Positions 57,465 through 64,000 of a DNA stretch of 64,000 bases are shown piece by piece. Origin of the DNA: Candidatus Woesearchaeota archaeon (GTDB lineage: Archaea; Nanobdellota; Nanobdellia; Woesearchaeales; UBA11576). The position numbers and the translations under genes are program-made. Each line of letters opens with the position of its first letter. Within the stretch, counting starts at the first letter, position 1. The DNA is taken from contig JABJCP010000013.1 in the NCBI GenBank assembly GCA_018668595.1, forward strand, positions 64,116-128,115. The letters run 5' to 3'. The notes below the pieces were generated by a model, which made no database searches, was not told where the DNA came from, and saw only the letters and a program-made list of their open reading frames with translations.

Positions 57465-58028
57465 TTAATCTTCTTTTTTTTGAGTTAATGTTGGTTCAGG
57501 CACTATTCCTTTTTCTACTTCAAGATATGCATTCACTAACTTGTTGTCTTTTAGTCTAGCTTCAAGTTCATCAGATTCCTCTTTGGACATACAAGATTTT
57601 GCACCAAGATGAGCACTTAGAAAATAATAAACATTAGGAACTTTCAAATCTGCTGCTTTTTCTAACGCTGCAACATCATCAGATTTAGATCCATAAGTTA
57701 AAACTCCATGTGCTAATCCAGCTCCTATCGCAGAACAATAATTATTTTTTGACGTCTGTCTAGATTCATCGTCTTCGTTTAAGTTTGTAGCAATGTCTCC
57801 CGAGTAAGCTTGCGCATGTGCTTGGATAGATCTCTGCAAATCATCTAGACTTGCAACAACGTCAACAATGCTTAACTCGCAACCAGGTTGTTGGTATGTT
57901 TTTTTAATCAAATTTAAAAATCCATACATTCGTTTTAGCATAGGTTCGACTTTTCGATAGTCTTGCTCGCCCAGTTTCAGTGGTTCGTACAATTTATTAA
58001 ATTCTTCATTAATTTTTTTATCAGTCAT
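57465..58028 (-). CDS. Hypothetical protein
   Basis: 187-aa ORF. Confidence 0.7.
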   Translation of the reverse strand: MTDKKINEEFNKLYEPLKLGEQDYRKVEPMLKRMYGFLNLIKKTYQQPGCELSIVDVVASLDDLQRSIQAHAQAYSGDIATNLNEDDESRQTSKNNYCSAIGAGLAHGVLTYGSKSDDVAALEKAADLKVPNVYYFLSAHLGAKSCMSKEESDELEARLKDNKLVNAYLEVEKGIVPEPTLTQKKED

Positions 58029-58165
58029 TTTAAATCAAATATTTGAATGAATTTATTTAAATATGTTCTGTTCTCCACAGGTGACGAATGAACAATTAAT
58101 TGGTTTTTATATTATTATTATGAGTATTGATAATATTTATATATCCTTAATTTTTTCTAATATAT

Positions 58166-59446
58166 ATGAAGTGGATAAAACGCATATTTTCAAAGATAAA
58201 AGACGCTCATGTGCCTGAAATCAGTGATGAAGAAGAATTCGTAGAAGCAGCACAGCTAAGTAACTGGTTTGAAAGAAAAACAGAACACAAATTTGATGAT
58301 CTCAAAACAGAAGTGGAAACTAGTTTTTCTAAAATAGACGAAACCACAGACTCTATGCGAGATAATCTAGATTTGCTTAACTCAAGCGAACTCCAAAATC
58401 CAAACATTCCTGAACGCGCAGTTCAAATAATGGAAGGAAATCGTGATTCTTTTATATCCCAACACAAAATATTTCTTGATGGAATGAGCATACCTCAAAA
58501 TCCTGATTTTAAATCAACACTAATTTTTTGCGAAAGATACTTTGTTGCACTAGAACGACTTGGAAAAAGCACAGGAAAAAGCACAGCAGTACTAAATGAA
58601 TTTTTTTCAAATGAAGTTAGCGCAATAAATCAAAATATTTCAAAAATTAATAATATATTAGGATCTCTAAAAAACAAATTGATGAGTGAAGAAAAAGGAA
58701 TTGAATACGTAGATGAAATCAAACAAGATGTAGAAGAATTCAATGGAAAACTAAAAAGAGAATCTGAACTTTTACAAGATAAAGATTTCCACAAACAAAA
58801 ATTAGATGCAAGTATTGGCATGAAGAAAAAACTAGAAAAAGATGTTGATAAGCTAAAAGCAAGCGAGGGGTATTCTGCATATTCCAGTTTAGATACTGAA
58901 CGAGATAGTCTAAAAAAAGAAATTAAACAAGTAGAAAATGATATTTTTCATGTGTTCTTTCAATTAGACAAAGTGTTTAAAAAATATGTAAGGATATCTG
59001 TAGACAATGCTCGATTAATACAACAATATCTCGACGATCCAGTAACTGCAGTAGTTGCGGATGAAGAAAATAAAATACTAGATGTATCTGCCAAAATGAT
59101 TCTTGCAATTGACCAAGGAACAATTGATTTGAAAGACGGATCAAAAGTTATTGAACGAATTAGCCGCATCAATAAAGACTTTCTCGATAGATTTAGATTT
59201 AAACATAATGATCTAAAAAATTCTACTAAAAAATTAGATTTTAAAATGAAAAATAGTCGCGTTATGCAAGAAATATCTGATCTGAATTATAAAATGGATC
59301 ATGTCAACAAACAAATACAAATACTCGAAGAGAAAAATTCAAAATTCGACAAAAGTATTGAACGACTAGATATAGACCAAGCCCGACGAAATTTACAAAT
59401 AAAACTTCAAAAAGCACTGGGTTTTAGAGTTACTGTTAATAAATGA
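58166..59446 (+). CDS. Hypothetical long coiled-coil protein
   Basis: 426 aa of heptad repeats; TATA TTTATATA at about 58136. Confidence 0.8.
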   Translation: MKWIKRIFSKIKDAHVPEISDEEEFVEAAQLSNWFERKTEHKFDDLKTEVETSFSKIDETTDSMRDNLDLLNSSELQNPNIPERAVQIMEGNRDSFISQHKIFLDGMSIPQNPDFKSTLIFCERYFVALERLGKSTGKSTAVLNEFFSNEVSAINQNISKINNILGSLKNKLMSEEKGIEYVDEIKQDVEEFNGKLKRESELLQDKDFHKQKLDASIGMKKKLEKDVDKLKASEGYSAYSSLDTERDSLKKEIKQVENDIFHVFFQLDKVFKKYVRISVDNARLIQQYLDDPVTAVVADEENKILDVSAKMILAIDQGTIDLKDGSKVIERISRINKDFLDRFRFKHNDLKNSTKKLDFKMKNSRVMQEISDLNYKMDHVNKQIQILEEKNSKFDKSIERLDIDQARRNLQIKLQKALGFRVTVNK

Positions 59447-59447
59447 A

Positions 59448-60866
59448 TTAACAAACATAAACTTTGATTTTACTTTCTTCGTTTTCATCGTTTTTTGATT
59501 CGTCTTTTGCTTTAAACAACTTATTCTTAATATAAAAAAAAATCTCACCAAATTTTGATTTGTTCTCAAATCTTGCTGCAAAATAAATAGGTTCTTCAAC
59601 TGAATGCCAACGAGTTCTATCCATTTCCATTGTTGAATGCGCGCCCTCCAAATTTCGTTTTTCGTCAGGAAGATCAAAAACATTCATCAAATTTTTTATT
59701 CTGGTTTTAGGAAATAAGTCAGTACGACTCACTAGATCATAACCAAAACCTTCTGAATACTGTGATTTAAATTTACCCTTCCTAGTAAAATCAATATATT
59801 TGTTTATTTCCAAACACACATGAATTGAACCTACATAAAAACTACTTTCGCTTAACGCAGTAGAGAAAGAATATTCTTTGCGAGTGATTAAATTATTTTT
59901 TATATAACTAACAATTGAAAATTTTAATTTATCTTCAAGAGCATCTGTTAATTGAGTCAAATAATCACAATTAAATGAATCCAACAAAGATAAGACTCCA
60001 ATAGAATCTAAATTAGTTAATCTATCTCTGTGCTTATTTTTTTTATCTAAAAACAGATCATAACTACTTTTTACATACTCTTGTTTTGATTTTAGTCCTT
60101 CAAGATCACGCTTTAATAAACCAATATCTTGTTTAATATTAGTTGTCTTTTCTGTTCTATCAATAACATCTTGAATAGATTCTTCTTTAACAGGTTGTAA
60201 AAGAATATCTTGTTCTTGTTTTTGTTCTTCGATCCTGTATTTAAGATCCATAATTTCTTGTTTGTATCCTCTTAACTCAGCTTCAACAGAACCACCACTT
60301 TTATCATAATCCTCTTTTAAGCAATTTAAATCTTGAATTGCTCTATGAATGATATTAAAATTTTTAGTAAAGTCAAATAAATCATACATTACTTGCTCAT
60401 CTAGAGTTTGATCAGAAAATAAACAAGAAGAATAATTCTCGAATAACTGAGAATGTTCTGATTGAAATGCAGTTGTTAGAATATGTTCTAATTCAACACT
60501 ATTAGTAGTTAGTAAACTGCGTTTTTCAATTAATATATTTTCTATTCTAGTTTGTTTTGATTTTTCTTTTTTAATAGAATCATTTAATTTTGCCAAAGAT
60601 TTTTTTGCAATCTTTGAGTACCAAAATGAATCTGACTTTACTTGATACTCTTCTTTTTTAGATTTTAAATTAGATTTATCAGTTTCGAATTCATCTGACA
60701 AGGTTTCTATTTCGGTTTCTAAATCAGAACCTGCAGTTTTATAATGAACAAATTGACTCAAGAATCTAATCAAATCTAAGTCTTGAGAATGGATAAGGGG
60801 TAAAACTAATTCATGAATAGGATCAAGTTTTGGTTCTTCTGTTTTTTTTGTTGCTTTTTGTGCCAT
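59448..60866 (-). CDS. Coiled-coil protein with conserved C-terminal domain, tandem paralogue 3
   Basis: Shares KSGG..YKQEI.DL..RIE.Q, SR.DLFP, LMNVFD.P and EP..FA motifs with 62290-63720. Confidence 0.8.
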   Translation of the reverse strand: MAQKATKKTEEPKLDPIHELVLPLIHSQDLDLIRFLSQFVHYKTAGSDLETEIETLSDEFETDKSNLKSKKEEYQVKSDSFWYSKIAKKSLAKLNDSIKKEKSKQTRIENILIEKRSLLTTNSVELEHILTTAFQSEHSQLFENYSSCLFSDQTLDEQVMYDLFDFTKNFNIIHRAIQDLNCLKEDYDKSGGSVEAELRGYKQEIMDLKYRIEEQKQEQDILLQPVKEESIQDVIDRTEKTTNIKQDIGLLKRDLEGLKSKQEYVKSSYDLFLDKKNKHRDRLTNLDSIGVLSLLDSFNCDYLTQLTDALEDKLKFSIVSYIKNNLITRKEYSFSTALSESSFYVGSIHVCLEINKYIDFTRKGKFKSQYSEGFGYDLVSRTDLFPKTRIKNLMNVFDLPDEKRNLEGAHSTMEMDRTRWHSVEEPIYFAARFENKSKFGEIFFYIKNKLFKAKDESKNDENEESKIKVYVC

Positions 60867-60883
60867 TTTATTATTTTAATTGA

Positions 60884-62263
60884 TTAATATCCATAGTTTC
60901 GCTTACGTACATTATTTAATTTAAGTCTTGCAGAGTAGCGCATAGAATCCTCGTCTACTTTAACTTCTTTGCCCTGCAAATGTTTAGATAAAACATATGT
61001 GATAAAATTCGAAAACTTAGAAGAGTTTTCACACTTTACTGCAAAAGTATACTTTCGAGAATATCCATCTGACCCATTATTATACGGTTCTGAATATGAA
61101 TTATCATCCATATCTAAAATCTTACTTAATTCATCGAATTTTTTTGTAGGAACAAACCCTACCCCACTAGTTTTAACTTCTTGTTCAGTAATTTGGCCTT
61201 GATCATCTTTCACTTTTTTAAAATAATCTCCAATAGATACGCTTGATTCAATAGTTACAACTGCAAAACCATTTTTGACAAGCTCGTCAGTAAAAGGCCA
61301 ATCTTCTTTTTTAACAGCATATTTTTTTACATAATCAAACATAACAGAATGAACTTTGGTTAATAATTCTTGTTTGGTTTGATTTAAAGCTTCTAAATTT
61401 GATTCTTCTACTAATTCTGAAAATTCAGATTCTGATAATTCATCAAAAAATGAACTGTCTGAATTAAATTGACTAAATAACTCTTGAAACTTTTTGTTTA
61501 GTGTTTGAAAAGTTCTTTTTGAAAAACTAAGCTCACCCTCCAATCTAGTAATTTCCGACTTATGATATGCTTTTTCTTTTGCAAGATCCAAAATTTCTTG
61601 AGCATTATCACCAGTTGTTTGAGACGCTAATTCATCTACTCTTGCTTTATGTTTTTTCAAAAGTGCTTTTGATTGTTTAATGTCTTGTTTAGATTTAACC
61701 ATAGAATCATAAACAGAATTATTTGTTAAGACATATTTCTTATCTCTTTTTAACCCATCAAATGAACAAATAGCAACCATACTGCTTTCTAATCGAACTG
61801 ATAAATCAGATAACTGGCAAATTTCATCAGGCGTTAAAAATCTATCATCTTGAAAATATGATTCAACTTGTTTTGCTAATTGAGTTGGTTCTAAAACAGA
61901 ATGTTTATCTTCAAAAGCTTTTTTTGTGGTGTCTAAATTAGAAATTGTTGTTTCGTATTTTTCAACTTGTTTTTTTGAACGATTTAATTCGTTTTTAGTA
62001 TGCAAGTGATCAGTTCTCCATTTACGCATAGAATCTTCGCAAAATTCTCTGTATAAATAAAACCAAGGAGATTCATCTCGTTTTTTAAATTTAGCATCTA
62101 GTTTTTCAAAGTCTTCATTCTTTTTTTCAAAATCATCTTTTTGCTGAGTTAAAATATCCGCTAATCTTTTTTTTGTTGATTCATAAAAAACATTAAAACA
62201 TAAATGATTGATAATGTCTTTAGGTGATTTTTCTTGTGTTGTGTTTTTTGCTGGTTCTTGCAT
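60884..62263 (-). CDS. Coiled-coil protein with conserved C-terminal domain, tandem paralogue 2
   Basis: LTPDEICQL, DW.F.D.L.K.GF.VV, FAVKCENSSKFS shared with 62290-63720. Confidence 0.8.
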   Translation of the reverse strand: MQEPAKNTTQEKSPKDIINHLCFNVFYESTKKRLADILTQQKDDFEKKNEDFEKLDAKFKKRDESPWFYLYREFCEDSMRKWRTDHLHTKNELNRSKKQVEKYETTISNLDTTKKAFEDKHSVLEPTQLAKQVESYFQDDRFLTPDEICQLSDLSVRLESSMVAICSFDGLKRDKKYVLTNNSVYDSMVKSKQDIKQSKALLKKHKARVDELASQTTGDNAQEILDLAKEKAYHKSEITRLEGELSFSKRTFQTLNKKFQELFSQFNSDSSFFDELSESEFSELVEESNLEALNQTKQELLTKVHSVMFDYVKKYAVKKEDWPFTDELVKNGFAVVTIESSVSIGDYFKKVKDDQGQITEQEVKTSGVGFVPTKKFDELSKILDMDDNSYSEPYNNGSDGYSRKYTFAVKCENSSKFSNFITYVLSKHLQGKEVKVDEDSMRYSARLKLNNVRKRNYGY

Positions 62264-62289
62264 TTTTAGTTCCTCTAGTAAATTTTAAA

Positions 62290-63720
62290 TCAAACTTCAT
62301 CAGGCAGTTTATTGAGATTTCTTGTATAAATTGAAACTGCATATTCATCACGATCAGTAGTTTCTGCCAGATTCTTATTAATCATACCATCTATAAACTC
62401 ATTTGCCATTTGAGAGAATACTTTAGAATTATCACACTTGACGGCAAAACAAACAGGTTCATATCTTTTTGAAGAAATGCCTCGTCCATGATTTACCACT
62501 CTTTGTTTTCTTGGAATGTCAAATACATTCATCAGTTTTTCTGCCCATGAATCTGGAAACAAATCAGGTCTACTAGAATATTCAAAAGAACCGTCTCCAT
62601 TATCTAATTTAAAATCAGAATCTCTTTTGTTAATATATTTTTGAATATCACAGATTATTTCTAAACTAACAATAGAAAAACCCCCTTTTTTAATTGAATC
62701 TATATACTGCCAATCAGAAGGTTTAATATGATTAAGTGATGCAAATTCACAAAATGTTTTTTGGATTTTACGTTTTATTTCTCGACGGAAACCAACAAGA
62801 TGATCTCTATTTAATGAATCTAGTAGATCAGAAACTCCTTTTTCTCCTAATAACTTAATTTCTTGATAAAACTTATTTTGGACATCTAAAGTTGATTCTA
62901 TTTTTGATTGAGTTTGTTGAGCTTCCTGTTTTTTAGATTCTAATATGTTCTTTAATTCCTTTAAGTTTTCTCTTGCAGATTCTGTTAATTTTGCTTTTTG
63001 GACTACTTCCGCTATAGAAGTTTCCTTTTGAGAAATTGAATGTTTCTTAACTATTAATTCCTGTGTTTCAATTCTAACACCCAAATCATTTATTTCTTGT
63101 TTATATTTTTTCAATTGTTCTCCAAGAGCTCCACCACTCTTAACATTATTTTCTCTTAGTTCAGATAATTTATCAACTGCTTTAATAAGCTCATCTGCTT
63201 CTAAATAAAAAGAATATAACTCACAAAGAAAGTCAGGAGTTAATTTTCTCTTATCACCCCTAGTTTCAAATAAATTAATAAAAACTTCAGAATATTTTTC
63301 TACTTTTTTATTAAGACCGCTTTGTGCAATCGATTGATTTAATATTTGCCCAAGATCATTAAATTTTGTTAATTCTTCTTTTTCAGATTCAATACCTGCA
63401 AGCAACTTAGCACGCTGATTTTCACATTCAGTTACTCTCGATTCTAATTTTTTTAATTCTGGTCCAGAAAATAATTTAACTAAGAAATTATCTTTAAGGT
63501 CAGTTATTTTTGAATTGGCGTTAGCAATATCCTGTCTAAGTAATGCTCTTTGATTATGCTGTTTTTGATCAATAGATTCAGTTAATGATCTAATTTGCCC
63601 ATTATAATAAACTGCAGAACATAACAAAGAAACATATTTACCTTTACCCCCTTCTAAAAAAGGTTGTGTTAAATTTAATATATCTGATTGAATTTGAGTT
63701 GATTGTGTACTAGATCTCAT
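62290..63720 (-). CDS. Coiled-coil protein with conserved C-terminal domain, tandem paralogue 1
   Basis: LTPDFLCEL, KSGGALGEQLKKYKQEINDL, SRPDLFP, FAVKCDNSKVFS. Confidence 0.8.
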   Translation of the reverse strand: MRSSTQSTQIQSDILNLTQPFLEGGKGKYVSLLCSAVYYNGQIRSLTESIDQKQHNQRALLRQDIANANSKITDLKDNFLVKLFSGPELKKLESRVTECENQRAKLLAGIESEKEELTKFNDLGQILNQSIAQSGLNKKVEKYSEVFINLFETRGDKRKLTPDFLCELYSFYLEADELIKAVDKLSELRENNVKSGGALGEQLKKYKQEINDLGVRIETQELIVKKHSISQKETSIAEVVQKAKLTESARENLKELKNILESKKQEAQQTQSKIESTLDVQNKFYQEIKLLGEKGVSDLLDSLNRDHLVGFRREIKRKIQKTFCEFASLNHIKPSDWQYIDSIKKGGFSIVSLEIICDIQKYINKRDSDFKLDNGDGSFEYSSRPDLFPDSWAEKLMNVFDIPRKQRVVNHGRGISSKRYEPVCFAVKCDNSKVFSQMANEFIDGMINKNLAETTDRDEYAVSIYTRNLNKLPDEV

Positions 63721-64000
63721 AATAATTCTACCTCGCCCATCACCTCTCAGTATGAATTAATAATATAAGGATAATATAAGTATAATATAATAACAATATG
63801 ATAATAACATAATAACTGTTAACTATACTTCTTTATAGTAGTTACAGATGTCTTATTTATAAAGGTTTCTATTATTTTTAGGCTCAGAATCATTATTTAA
63901 GCTATTTTGATAGGGTTTATTACAAATGAAAAAAAAAACAAATGTTTTAGTTTTAAAAGGTAATTTTTATAAAGATTGTACTAGATATTCCTTATTATGA

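Noticed and set aside
59448-63720. SMC/Rad50 or diversity-generating retroelement targets
   Set aside because: There are no Walker motifs, no reverse transcriptase, and no near-identical TR/VR nucleotide repeat.

Overview
This is AT-rich archaeal chromosomal DNA, most likely DPANN/Woesearchaeota-like. The assignment is inferred from Cbf5, Hel308, PAC2 and TrmB genes, BRE/TATA promoters and GAGGTGA Shine-Dalgarno sites. The window holds the 3' part of cbf5, a divergent PRPP synthetase, and a near-complete bacterial-type de novo purine cluster (purM-purL-purQ-purD-purN-split purH-purB-purE-purC, then purA) with no purF. It also carries an N-terminally truncated Hel308, pyk, etfBA, a DUF4258/YgiT-type toxin-antitoxin pair, thrC, a VKOR/cupredoxin/thioredoxin-repeat cluster, an ABC-2 transporter and two arrays of tandem paralogues. 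No tRNA, rRNA, CRISPR array or transposase was seen. Three observations stand out. (1) A tightly packed operon joins a second, divergent SAICAR-synthetase-like gene, a short HisG, a HisA-HisI-HisE fusion, an ATP-grasp-like gene and endonuclease V, so it has only the purine-ring-opening half of the His pathway and may be a new nucleotide pathway or PurF bypass. (2) A dispersed ~180-bp multi-hairpin element has three full copies and one decayed copy with strong compensatory base changes. (3) Three conserved enzymes (purE, pyk, thrC) can apparently only be made full-length from ATT/ATA start codons placed behind strong SD sites.
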